A DNA stretch of 64,000 nt, from positions 1 to 64,000 of the forward strand of contig NIVC01000649.1 of the NCBI GenBank assembly GCA_002269645.1, in the 5' to 3' direction. Shown here one piece after another: positions 48,146-61,050 of the stretch (position 1 is its first letter; the number at the start of each line of letters is the position of its first letter). This DNA comes from Macrostomum lignano. Taxonomy: Eukaryota. Under the pieces are notes generated by a model. The model was given only the letters and a program-made list of their open reading frames with translations. It was not told where the DNA came from and ran no database searches. Made by a program: the position numbers and the translations under genes.

Positions 48146-49069
48146 TTTCTGTGCATGCCGGGATAAAACTGTGTTTCACTTCTAATTTGCTTTTAATTAA
48201 TTGCGCTCAAACAAAAAATGAAAAATTGCTATGTTATCTTCTACTCGTCAGATTTTCAAGAAGCCAAACTAGTGTAAGAAGTACGAGGTAGTCAGAAAAC
48301 TAATTTCCGAAATGACCGAGCCATTGCCCCTCATCTGCTGTGAGTGCCTGCTTAGCTAGTTGAACTTCTTGCTCAAAGCTTGCTGGAATAAAGATCTCTT
48401 GCTTTTACTCTGTCGATTGCAAAAGCAAAAAGCAAAGCAAAAGGATGACGTCAATTAGAATATAAATAGATATTTTCGCAAAAGAAAGATGGTCTGTGTG
48501 AGGGGGTGGCTAAATTTCCGGTGTTGATCACGGACTGCAATTGTTTAAATTAAAAGAAATTGATTTTGCTCACTTTGAAATCTGATTCTATCTTATCTTC
48601 AATAATTTTAAGGCAGGTAAACAGTAATTATTACACCCACGTTTTTTCGAGGGCGTAGAGCTGCTGAGGGCTAATCTAGTCAGGTGACTTTCTAGAAAAC
48701 ATGACGCTGTTCAAGGACCTCCTGACACCTTTAACACCTGGACTAGAGTGTTAAAAGAACACACAAAGAAAGCACTCTGTCTCTAAAGGTGCATGAAGTG
48801 AGCACTCTAGGAACATAAATTGAGCACTCCAATAGCATATAAATTGAGCACTCTAAGAACAAGAAATGAGCACTCTAAGAACACAAGAAAAAGAATGCTT
48901 AACTTTCCCATTTAGGAGAGGATCAAGAGTAAATATTTTCCAAATTCCCATCTGAACCTTAATCCCCACAGGTGCCGTAAAAGCCCCTGTCTCTATTTCC
49001 AAATACTAAAATTCTATTCTGAAGCTCAGAACATTTGATGCATCAGTCTAATTGCTCTGTCTTAAGCAG

Positions 49070-49119
49070 CCAATCAGAGAGTGCCATGAGGGAGACCAGG
49101 CCGCGGCAGTTTATAAATA
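49070..49119 (+). promoter_or_regulatory. CCAAT and TATA core promoter of the GPCR gene
   Basis: CCAATCAG at 49070 and TATAAATA at 49112-49119, about 90 bp before the ATG at 49210. Confidence 0.5.
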
Positions 49120-49209
49120 CGGCCTGCGTGGGGGACAGCGGCTGCAACGGCTATCTCCCCTAGAGGATATCCTAAGGCAAATACGAATATAAAAGACAAA
49201 AAAGCTGTC

Positions 49210-52200
49210 ATGCAAGCTCAATTACTCGACTTGACTACTTTGGTAAGATTTGTTCCAGCTCTTGCTGTTTTTTGTCTCGATGAGATGAGAGGTGAGATAG
49301 AGAGGGAGATTATAAAGTTAGGGAGACGAGAGGGGATGAGAGAAGATGAGAGGAGCTAGGAGCTGGTAGGAGATGAGAGCGGTAGGGAGATGGGAGAAGA
49401 TGAGAGAGGGAGAGAGATGAGAGAGGATGAGAGGGAGGGAGATGAGAGGGGATGAGAGGGAGGGAGATGAGAGGGGATGAGAGAGGGAGGGAGATGAGAG
49501 GGGATGACAGAGGGAGGGAGATGAGAGGGGAATGAAAGAGGGAGGGAGATGAGAGGGGAATGAGAGAGGGAGGGAGATGAGAGGGGAATGAAAGAGGGAG
49601 GGAGATGAGAGGGGAATGAAAGAGGGAGGGAGATGAGAGGGGATGAGAGAGGGAGGGAGATGAGAGGGGATGAGAGAGGGAGGGAGATGAGAGGGGATGA
49701 GAGAGGGAGGGAGATGAGAGGGGATGAGAGGGAGGGAGATGAGAGGGGATGAGAGAGGGAGGGAGATGAGAGGGGATGAGAGAGGGAGGGAGATGAGAGG
49801 GGATGAGAGAGGGAGGGAGATGAGAGGGGATGAGAGAGGGAGGGAGATGAGAGGGGATGAGAGAGGGAGGGAGATGAGAGGGTATGAGAGAGGGAGGGAG
49901 ATGAGAGGGGATGAGAGAGGGAGGGAGATGAGAGGGGATGAGAGAGGGAGGGAGATGAGAGGGGATGAGAGAGGGAGGGAGATGAGAGGGGATGAGAGAG
50001 GGAGGGAGATGAGAGGGGATGAGAGAGGGAGGGAGATGAGAGGGGATGAGAGAGGGAGGGAGATGAGAGGGGATGAGAGAGGGAGGGAGATGAGAGGGGA
50101 TGAGAGAGGGAGGGAGATGAGAGGGGATGAGAGAGGGAGGGAGATGAGAGGGGATGAGAGAGGGAGGGACATGAGAGGGGATGAGAGAGGGAGGGAGATG
50201 AGAGGGGATGAGTGAGGGAGGGAGATGAGAGGGGATGACAGCGAGTCGGTGGCCAGCGGCAGAACCAGGCAAATTAATTGAATGAAATTCCTGTAGCCAG
50301 GCAAAGAGGATAAATCAATTAAGAAAACCTCAGAAAACTCTCCAGTTGAATTTGGAGCAAAATGTGGGAGGTGGGATTAGCTCCTGAGGAGGGGAGACTC
50401 AAACACTCAATTATCAGGGTAGTCAGGCCATCTGCCCCTCTCACAGTCTCTTGGGATCCGAAATCGTCGTATTCACGCGAAACTAAAATAGGATTTGGCA
50501 ATTATTTCGAATTTTTTTGCTCTGAGTTCCAATTAGCGATTGGGGAAGAGCGCCTCAGATGTGCATGGATAACAATGCTGACTGAGGCCCTTCATCTGTT
50601 TGCATTTTTACTCCTCTGTCCAGCATGCTTGACCAGTCGCATTCCCTTGTCACACCCCCTGTCACATCTTCCTGTCACATCTTCCTGGCACATCTTCCTG
50701 TCACATCCCTGTCCCATTCCTCTATCACATTCCCTCATCGCATCCCCCTGTCAACTTTCCCCGCCAAATCTTTCTGTCACACCTCTTCTCACTCTCCCCT
50801 TGTTGAATTCACTGTATTTCATTGTCACATTTGTTTTCAAACTCCTACGTGATGTATCTGTAAAGGATATATAGGTACATCCTTCTCTAGAGTACAGCCA
50901 GATGTACACCCCATGTGAACACAGCCAGATGTACATCTCATGGGAACACAGCCAGATGTACATCTCATGAGAACACAGCCAGATGTACAACCCAGGTGAA
51001 CACAGCCAGATGTACATCTCATGAGAACACAGCCAGATGTACAACCCAGGTGAACACAGCCAGATGTACACCTCATGAGAACACAGCCAGATGTACACCT
51101 CATGAGAACACAGCCAGATGTACACCTCATGAGAACACAGCCAGATGTACACCTCATGAGAACACAGCCAGATGTACACCCCAGGTGAAAACAGCCAGAT
51201 GTACATCTCATGTACACTCTCCCAACCCGCAGGCGCCAGCCAACGCTTCGCTGCCACCGTACCCGGGACTGGGCCGCACGAGCATCGCCAAGAGCAGCAT
51301 TCTGCTCTGCATTTTCACCTTCGCCCTGCTGACAAACTTGCGCGCTCTCCGACGCGTCACCGACAAGCGTCGAAATGCGCACTGCAGTCAGCTGATGCTG
51401 CACCTGATTGTGGCCGACCTGCTAGTTGTGTTCTTCTGTTTCCTAGGCAACGTGGCTTGGATGATGACGGTGCAGTTTTACGGCGGCGACTTGCTGTGCC
51501 GGCTGTTCAAATTCCTTCAAGGCCTATCGCTGACCGCCAGCGCCTACGTGACGGTTGCCATCGGCATTGACCGAGCGGTGGCCGTGGTCAAGCCGTGGAA
51601 CTGGAGCAGCCCGACTGTTCGGGTGCGACTGCTGACTGCGGCCTGGCTGCTGAGCTGCTTGATGGCCGCGCCGCAGGTGAGAATGGGCTTGGCGTGTTAA
51701 AGCTGAGGGCGTTTTTCACAGCTGCGTACTACCCACCGGGACTGTGTACATTTCATAAGTCTGTGTTCATCCTGACACGGTTCTGCGTTCACCTCGATGT
51801 CTAACAGAGTGCCTCATGTCTAACAGAGTGCCTCATGTCTAACACAAGTGCCTCATGTCTAACACAAGTGCCTCATTTCTAACACAAGTGCCTCATGTCT
51901 AACAGAGTGCCTCATGTCTAACACAAGTGCCTCATGTCTAACAGAGTGCCTCATGTCTAACACAAGTGCCTCATGTCTAACACAAGTGCCTCATTTCTAA
52001 CACAAGTGCCTCATGTCTAACAGAGTGCCTCATGTCTAACACAAGTGCCTCATGTCTAACAGAGTGCCTCATGTCTAACACAAGTGCCTCATGTCTAATA
52101 GCTAGAGTGCCTCATTTCTAATAGAGTGCCTCATTTCTAACACAAGTGCCTCATGTCTAACACTAGTGCCTCATGTCTAACACAAGTGCCTCATGTCTAA

Positions 52201-55200
52201 CACAAGTGCCTCATGTCTAACACAACTGCCTCATGTCTAACACAAGTGCCTCATGTCTAACAGAGTGCCTCATGTCTAACAGAGTGCCTCATGTCTAACA
52301 CAAGTGCCTCATGTCTAACACAACTGCCTCATGTCTAACACAAGTGCCTCATGTCTAACAGAGTGCCTCATGTCTAACAGAGTGCCTCATGTCTAACAGA
52401 GTGCCTCATGTCTAACAGAGTGCCTCATGTCTAACAGAGTGCCTCATGTCTAACAGAGTGCCTCATGTCTAATAGAGTGCCTCATGTCTAATACAAGTGC
52501 CTCATGTCTAACACAAGTGCCTCATTTCTAACACAAGTGCCTCATGTCTAATAGAGTGCCTCATGTCTAACACAAGTGCCTCATGTCTAACACAACTGCC
52601 TCATGTCTAACACAACTGCCTCATGTCTAACACAACTGCCTCATGTCTAACACAACTGCCTCATGTCTAACACAACTGCCTCATGTCTAACACAAGTGCC
52701 TTATGTCTAACAGAGTTTCTGTTAATGTCTATTATGTCTAACAGAGTGATTCATGTCTAACAGAGTGCCTCATGTCTAACACAAGTGCCTCATGTTTAAC
52801 ACAAGTGCCTCATGTCTAACACAAGTGCCTCATGTCTAACACAAGTGCCTCATGTCTAACACATGTGCCTTATGTCTAACACAAGTGCCTCATGTCTAAC
52901 ACAAGTGTCTCATGTCTAACACAAGTGCCTCATGTCTAACACAAGTGTCTCATGTCTAACACAAGTGCCTCATGTCTAACACAAGTACCTCATGTCTAAC
53001 ACAAGTGCTTTATGTCTAAAACAAGTGCTTACGAGTATGCTTAACACAAGTGCCTCATGTCTAACACAAGTGCCTCATGTCTAACACAAGTGCCTCATGT
53101 CTAACACAAGTGCCTCATGTCTAACACAAGTGCCTCATGTCTAACTTTTAAGCTATTCTTCTTTGGACTGGCCCGAGGTCCATGGACAGAAGATTTCTAC
53201 CAGTGCGTCTCGTTGGAAATGCAGCCCACTGGTACAGATCACCTGACAGCTCACATGAACAAGCTGGTGCTGGCCTACATGCTGTTTAACATTGCCAGTC
53301 TGTTTCTTGGCCCACTGTGCTGCTTGAGCACAGCTTACGGACTTATTATTAGCAGGATCTCAGCGAAATCTCGCGAACTGGGCGGTGAGTAAACAGCTAT
53401 GGAAATATTGATCGATTGTTAATGCATTAATTAATGGCATTTGTACTTCTACTCCTGCTCATTCAGAGATACAGAGACTGAGAACGAGTTCGAATATAAG
53501 GCAGAGGAGCAGATATGAGAGAGGCAGAGATGAGAGAGGCGGAGATGAGAGAGGCAGAGTTGAGAGAGGCAGAGATTAGAGAGACAGAGATGAGAGAGGC
53601 AGTGATGAGAGAGGCAGTGATGAGAGAGGCAGTGATGAGAGAGGCAGTGATGAGAGGGGCAGTGATGAGAGGGGCAGAGATGACAGAGGCAGAGATGAGA
53701 GGGGCAGAGATGAGAGAGGCAGAGATGAGAGGGGCAGAGATGACAGAGGCAGAGATGAGAGGGGCAGAGATGAGAGAGGCAGAGATGAGAGAGGCAGAGA
53801 CGGGAGAGGCAGGGATGAGAGAGGCAGAGACGAGAGGGGCAGAGATGAGAGAGGCAGAGATGAGAGGGGCAGAGATGAGAGGGGCAGAGATGAGAGAGGC
53901 AGAGATGAGAGGGGCAGAGATGAGGGTTGCAGAGACGGGAGAAGCGGAGATGAGAGGGACAGAGATGGGAGAGGCAGAGACGAGAGGGGCAGGGATGAGA
54001 GGCAGAGACGAGAGAGGCAGAGACGAGAGGGGCAGTGATGAGAGGGGCAGAGATGAGAGAGGCAGTGATGAGAGAGGCAGTGATGAGAGGGGCAGAGATG
54101 AGAGGGGCAGAGATGAGAGGGGCAGTGATGAGAGGGGCAGAGATGAGAGAGGCAGAGATGAGAGAGGCAGTGATGAGAGGGGCAGAGATGAGAGGGGCAG
54201 AGATGAGAGGGGCAGAGATGAGAGGGGCAGAGATGAGAGAGGCAGAGATGAGAGAGGCAGAGATGAGAGATGCAGAGATAAGAGAGGCAGGGATGAGAGA
54301 GGCAGGGATGAGAGAGGCAGTGATGAGAGGGGCAGAGATGAGAGAGGCAGAGATGAGAGATGCAGAGATGAGAGAGGCAGGGATGAGAGAGGCAGTGATG
54401 AGAGGGGCAGAGATGAGAGAGGCAGAGATGAGAGATGCAGAGATGAGAGAGGCAGAGATGAGAGGGGCAGTGATGAGAGAGGCAGAGATGAGAGAGGCAG
54501 AGATGAGAGAGGCAGGGATGAGAGAGGCAGTGATGAGAGGGGCAGAGATGAGAGGGGCAGAGATGAGAGGGGCAGAGATGAGAGGGGCAGAGATGAGAGA
54601 GGCAGAGATGAGAGAGGCAGTGATGAGAGATGCAGAGATGAGAGAGGCAGGGATGAGAGAGGCAGAGATGAGAGAGGCAGGGATGAGAGAGGCAGTGATG
54701 AGAGGGGCAGAGATGAGAGAGGCAGAGATGAGAGATGCAGAGATGAGAGAGGCAGAGATGAGAGAGGCAGGGATGAGAGAGGCAGTGATGAGAGGGGCAG
54801 AGATGAGAGAGGCAGAGATGAGAGATGCAGAGATGAGAGAGGCAGGGATGAGAGAGGCAGTGATGAGAGGGGCAGAGATGAGAGAGGCAGAGATGAGAGA
54901 TGCAGAGATGAGAGAGGCAGGGATGAGAGAGGCAGTGATGAGAGGGGCAGAGATGAGAGAGGCAGAGATGAGAGATGCAGAGATGAGAGAGGCAGAGATG
55001 AGAGGGGCAGTGATGAGAGAGGCAGAGATGAGAGAGGCAGAGATGAGAGAGGCAGGGATGAGAGAGGCAGTGATGAGAGGGGCAGAGATGAGAGGGGCAG
55101 AGATGAGAGGGGCAGAGATGAGAGGGGCAGAGATGAGAGAGGCGGAGATGAGAGAGGCAGTGATGAGAGATGCAGAGATGAGAGAGGCAGGGATGAGAGA

Positions 55201-58200
55201 GGCAGAGATGAGAGAGGCAGGGATGAGAGAGGCAGTGATGAGAGGGGCAGAGATGAGAGAGGCAGAGATGAGAGATGCAGAGATGAGAGAGGCAGAGATG
55301 AGAGAGGCAGGGATGAGAGAGGCAGTGATGAGAGGGGCAGAGATGAGAGAGGCAGAGATGAGAGATGCAGAGATGAGAGAGGCAGAGATGAGAGAGGCAG
55401 GGATGAGAGAGGCAGGGATGAGAGAGGCAGAGATGAGAGGGGCAGAGATGAGAGATGCAGAGATGAGAGGGGCAGAGATGAGAGAGGCAGAGATGAGAGA
55501 GGCAGAGACGGGAGAGGCAGGGATGAGAGAGGCAGAGATGAGAGGGGCAGAGATGAGAGGGGCAGAGATGAGAGAGGCAGAGATGAGAGGGGCAGAGATG
55601 AGGGTTGCAGAGACGGGAGAAGCGGAGATGAGAGGGACAGAGATGGGAGAGGCAGAGACGAGAGGGGCAGGGATGAGAGGCAGAGACGAGAGAGGCAGAG
55701 ACGAGAGGGGCAGTGATGAGAGGGGCAGAGATGAGAGAGGCAGTGATGAGAGAGGCAGTGATGAGAGGGGCAGAGATGAGAGGGGCAGAGATGAGAGGGG
55801 CAGAGATGAGAGGGGCAGAGATGAGAGAGGCAGAGATGAGAGAGGCAGTGATGAGAGGGGCAGAGATGAGAGGGGCAGAGATGAGAGAGGCAGAGATGAG
55901 AGGGGCAGAGACGAGAGAGGCAGAGATAAGAGAGGCAGAGATAAGAAAGGCAGAGATAAGAGAGGCAGTGATGAGAGAGGCAGATATGAGAGAGGCAGAG
56001 ATGAGAGAGGCAGAGATGAGAGAGGCAGAGATGAGAGAGGCAGAGATGAGAGAGGCAGAGATGAGAGAGGCAGAGATAAGAGAGGCAGAGATAAGAGAGG
56101 CAGAGACGAGAGAGGCAGAGATGAGAGGGGCAGAGACGAGAGAGGCAGATGTGATATTTATGCAAGTCACGAGGATGGTTGCGAAAATGTCTAGGTCAGA
56201 CGGAATCGTGGATATAGAATTCACCCCTAACAAGAGAATCTAGTAATCTTTAAATTTGCAGTTTCAACCGCTCTTCACCAAAATTAATCTTATAAGCTCA
56301 CTTCCGCTCGCATTGAAACTATGGACTTGGTTGCCTGTGTGCAATTCGATTCTGGCCAATCCTTTCATTAAGTGGATGGATTCTGCTATGGGAATTGAAT
56401 TATTGTGACTCTGGAATTGCCTATTACATATAGGTTATAACCTCTATATGACTTTAGATTGTACAACATCAAGGCTTTCTGTGCACTTTTATTGAAAGCT
56501 AGTTTATATTGACTCTTAACTATAATTACTAGCCTATCGCTGAGTAACACACTCCAGTATAACACCCTCCTGTGTAACATCCACCGGTGTAACACCCTCC
56601 TGTGTAACATCCACCGGTGTAACACCCTCCTGTGTAACATCCACCGGTGTAACACCCTCCTGTGTAACATCCACCGGTGTAACACCCTCCTGTGTAACAC
56701 CCTCCTGTGTAACAACCTCCTGTGTAACACCCTCCTGTGTAACACCCTCCTGTGTAACACCGTCCTGTGTAACACCCCCTCCTGTGTCTAACAGGATTGT
56801 GTTGTCTTCCAATATTCCAACAGGCAGTCCAGATGCAAATTGCACCCAGGTTACCAAATGCAAATCTCCTTTTTTGCTACAATAGCATGCTGCATTCAGC
56901 AAATTCGTGATAGAATTTACGGAAACAATGGATTGTTTGAATTTCAATTATTCAAAGGTTATTTCCAAGCTGTTTTTTCCTCATTTCATAGGCAATACCG
57001 GGTATTCGTTTGGTGTTTATTGTTAAAGCATTTTTTACTCCAAATTAAAAATTTAATCTTCATAGTGCAACTCAGTCAGCATTAGGGAGAGTTTAGCCAG
57101 TCCTTTTAGACTGACCGATCTCCAACACTAGAATCTCACCCTGAGAGTCTTTGTGAGACTAATTCTAATTGCTATCCCATACCACAGAATCTCACCCTGA
57201 GAGTCTTTGTGAGATCGACTCTAATTGCTATCTGAGACCCTAGAATCTCACCCAGAGAGTCTTTTCTCAGACCATAGAATCTCACCTTGAGAGTCTTTGT
57301 GAGACCGACTCTAATTGCTATCCTATACCATAGAATCTCACCTTGAGAGTCTTTGTGAGACTAACTCTAATTGCTATCCCATACCACAGAGTCTCACCCT
57401 GAGAGTCTTTGTGAGATCGACTCTAATTGCTATCTGAGACCCTATAATCTCACCCAGAGAGTCTTTTCTCAGACCATAGAATCTCACCTTGAGAGTCTTT
57501 GTGAGACCGACTCTAATTGCTATCCCATACCATAGAATCTCACCTTGAGAGTCTTTGTGAGAATAACTTCAATTGCTATCTGAGATCCTATCTAATTGCT
57601 ATCTTTTCTTCTACGTCACTTCAGCCACGGATGCTGAAAGTCTTAACAGCGATCAACAGCAGCAACAGCAGCAGCAGCCGCTGCAGCCCCAACCCCAATC
57701 CAGCCCGCCGACACTCTGCACCGACTTCTCAAATAGCCATCATCATTCAAGACAGCAGCAGCAGCGGTCTCAACTTCAGTCCCAGTCGCCACCGAGCTAC
57801 GAGATGCAATTAAACCAAGCCGGCAACTTCATCGCCAGTTATCGTCAGGCATTTTTATTTCGCGTCAAATTGCGCAGCTTTCGAATGTTCTCCGTCATCA
57901 TTTTGACATTCCTACTGCTTTGGCTGCCCTACTGGGGACTGTACATATTTGCGTGCGCTAACCGGCTTAGCGGAGGTCGGTACAACGACGCGGTGGAACT
58001 GATTTCAAACGGCGTGTTCTTTTTCGGCATGTCTACCAGCGCTGTGAATCCGGTAATCTACGGGGCCTATCAGAGCCGCTGGCCGACACCTTTGTCAGCC
58101 TGTTTTGACCGCTGCTGCTGCTGCTGCAAGAGTCTTGAGCAACACGAAGAGATCAACGATCTGGTAGCAGTTGGTTATCGCCAGCAGCCGGTTAATTTGG

Positions 58201-58244
58201 TGATGAAGCTGAGGAATGAGAGAGCTACTAGCGGACCAGACTGA
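49210..58244 (+). CDS. Class A neuropeptide GPCR of the GnRH/AKH receptor type, 4 exons, about 442 aa
   Basis: Phase-consistent exons 49210-49242 (MQAQLLDLTTL, less certain), 51233-51676, 53153-53384 and 57625-58244. Motifs: HLIVADLLV, TVQFYGGDLLCRLFKFLQ, IGIDR, AWLLS..MAAPQ| (typical intron position), FYQCVS, LRSFRMFSVIILTFLLLWLPY and AVNPVIYG. Confidence 0.88.
49330..50240. repeat. 27-bp purine-rich minisatellite (GAGGGAGGGAGATGAGAGGGGATGAGA) in GPCR intron 1
   Basis: Direct inspection. Confidence 0.97.
50893..51215. repeat. 27-bp minisatellite (CACAGCCAGATGTACACCTCATGAGAA) just before the GPCR exon 2 acceptor
   Basis: About 11 copies. It is in frame with exon 2, hence the track ORF starting at 50915. 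Confidence 0.95.
51797..53145. repeat. 20/21-bp minisatellite (AGTGCCTCATGTCTAACAC[A]) filling GPCR intron 2
   Basis: About 65 copies. The last unit runs directly into the acceptor CTAACTTTTAAG|. Confidence 0.98.
53500..56150. repeat. 15-bp minisatellite (GCAGAGATGAGAGAG) with higher-order duplications in GPCR intron 3
   Basis: Direct inspection. The variant block GGGTTGCAGAGACGGGAGAAGCGG occurs at 53924 and 55602. Confidence 0.98.
56545..56790. repeat. 15/30-bp array (TGTAACACCCTCCTG / TGTAACATCCACCGG)
   Basis: Direct inspection. Confidence 0.93.
57125..57600. repeat. Composite 40-60-bp array (AGAATCTCACCTTGAGAGTCTTTGTGAGACCGACTCTAATTGCTATC) ending at the GPCR exon 4 acceptor
   Basis: Direct inspection. 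Confidence 0.9.
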
Positions 58245-61050
58245 GGTGTGCAGGAACAAGGACCGCATGTTTCTACACAGCACTTCATATTTGCAATAAT
58301 TCATTTTAATTGGAAACTGACGAGATACATTTCTCTCCATTTCCGCTCTAAACTCGGCAATTTAGAGTTCTCAGCTTATCTTTTGACATTCAATGATCAT
58401 AGAGAATGTCACGTTTATTGAATTTGAATTTTTGGTAAAGGCTTACTATACAATGTATAACAAACAAAGAAATTTCAAGCAAAATTTTTGCCAGTTTCTA
58501 TTGTTCCTGGGAATGTATATATATATTCAAAATCAATATTTTCTTAAAGAATATTGTCCAAAAGATTCTTTATGATAAAACCACTCTACGTGCACTGAAA
58601 CACAATCAGATTCTCGATCTCTATGTTGTGTTTTAAAACAATTGAAATCGGCATAAATTTTATATTTGCGATGTCAACGTATTGTAGTGTTTACATTTTG
58701 TGCAAAGATAACTGAATATTTCATATCCCCTCGATAATTCTTTTCTAGTGAAATTATTTGTTAAAATGAAATCCCATCGTTTTAAATAAGAGGGTCATAT
58801 AAGGCTTCTAAGGACAATTTTACGACTAAAAATTTGTTGATTTTTTCCCATTTTTTCCTGCTAATAAGGAATATTTTACAAGCTAAACTGGAAAGTTCTA
58901 TAGAACTAGCTAGCTACAGTAACACTATACTCACTCTATTATATATAGTTCTTCATAAATTGGCCACTTTTACTTCTGTACTCCTTTAAGCACAAAAAAG
59001 TTTCGCCAGTTTTGATACAGAAGCCTTAAAGTGTTAAATAATATTCGGTTATAGCTATTAGAATCTAACGGTCGAAAAATTCTTCAATTTATCAATTATC
59101 AGGGCAAAAAATATACAAATAAAAAATTACGTAAACCTTGACATTCCTGCAAAATTATTTTTTCACTCCCGTTGACGTTACAATTGCATTATAAACTTAA
59201 GCAGAAAAGCAAAAAGAATATTCACCGTTGTACGTTGTTAAAGTATTTTTCTAAATCTTGTTCTTCTCATCAAAATGCACCATTGAATAAAAATTTCGTG
59301 TTGTTTTTGCTTTTTGCATTGTGCTAGAATTTTTTTCAAGATGGTATAATCAGTAACAATAATATTTTTTTTCGTATATACGAGTACAGGTACGCTAATA
59401 TTTCGTTTTTTGTCGATCGGACCAAATTAGTAGTAAATATCTTTGGTGACAAATTATCATGTTTATTCGTTCCAAGTTCCTGTTTTGCTAAAATTATATT
59501 GGTGTTAACTCTTGATGATAATTTTAATGTTTCGTTCAGTAGTGCAGACTGTGCAGTGTTTTAATTCAGTCACGTGGCGTAGCCAAGACCAAGGTTGGGA
59601 GGTTGCGCCTCCTCTCCATTGGCTTTGACAATAAGCTAGAAAACCCCACAAAAAATCCCTTGCATATTCAAGTGTGACAAGTTTCGTTATACTTTTGCGT
59701 TGTAATGTATGCATATTTTATCGCCCGACTCGATCTATATTGCATCTTGTCCTTAACAAAGAAAGTTTGTGTAGTTTGTTTTTGTTTAAGATTTACTTCG
59801 ATGTGACCCACTATTAGCGCAGATTCTTTTTAATTTTCGTGCAGTATTGTTGTCATCGTTACACGACGTACATACATACACTGTATAACCTTTTAACCCG
59901 TCGCTCGGAATCCCAAACTTCTATATAAAAGTAAACTTGCTAATTACCATCAAAAGTTAAGTCATTCAAGTGTTCATAGCTAAATTGCGCCAAAAAGGGG
60001 AAATTTTTTTCGAAGAAACATAACAGACAAATCGATCAATCTTAATCAAACAACGAGGTCTGTTCTGAAGAGAGCACTATGTTGTTCGGAAAAAAGAAAT
60101 ATTAGATTTTGTGTTGTATATTCTTTGACTTTAAATATTCATGTCATTTTTTGTCTTCGTGTATACTAATATGACTGAGTCATTTGAAATAAAAAAATGA
60201 ATATTTCGACTTAGTTATACTTTCTGTTAGTCGTGTTGGATTAAGAATTTCTTTAATTAGAAACTACACGCAGCGCAGTTTTTTGGTAAAGAAAAGCTTC
60301 GCTTAAGAAAAAGATATTAGCGACAAAAAGCATAAAACGGAGTTGTACAGCCATTATTATAATATTATGCATATATTTAGTGTCACTGAAATTTCAACTG
60401 AATGTTCTACTCTTACAAAATAACACGTGCACAATGTAACTACAACTTACTTACATTTTTTGTTTAATTTTAAGTCAAGTATTTCTACTATATCTACGGA
60501 AGCTAGGTACATACTCGTAAATTACTTAAAATACGAGCGCCCGTACTTGTAGTTAGTTAACTTTTTTGGATGTTTTATGTGTGCTGGGACGCTTAACTTG
60601 CCAATCCTTAAATGAGCTAGCTCGACAGAAAATTTTACTCTTAGCACAGACGGTACCTTACGTTCTGAGCATTTGATTTGAATAATATGTAGCGGACCAA
60701 GCAGTCTTAGATATAATACGCTTGTATATTAAAACTTTATGCAGATGAATTTTTTAACGAAATAAGATTATAGCTATTGAAAGCCAGAAACTGGAAATAT
60801 ACAATAATTGTTTTCTAAAAAATCTCACCAAGAAAAATTGAATGTTGTGCGCGTTTTACCTAATAATAATAATTATAATAATAAAACTAATATTAATAAT
60901 AATAATAGTACTGTACGAAGTTTTGAAGGGGAGATATATTGTCCATTTAGTCCAAAGAAGCTGAAACATATATGATGTCACTAATGCATTTTAAGCAAAA
61001 AATGACTTCCAGAAAATTTTTACCATGTCTGGCGCTTTCACGCGAAGTTC

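Noticed and set aside
50574-50640. Signal-peptide-like MLTEALHLFAFLLLCPAC as GPCR first exon
   Set aside because: No convincing donor follows. The exon 49210-49242 has CCAAT/TATA, a strong GTAAG donor and the correct phase.
53463-56243. 700-900-aa ORFs on both strands (MREAE, SHLCL, SSLPL)
   Set aside because: Products of a 15-bp minisatellite inside GPCR intron 3.
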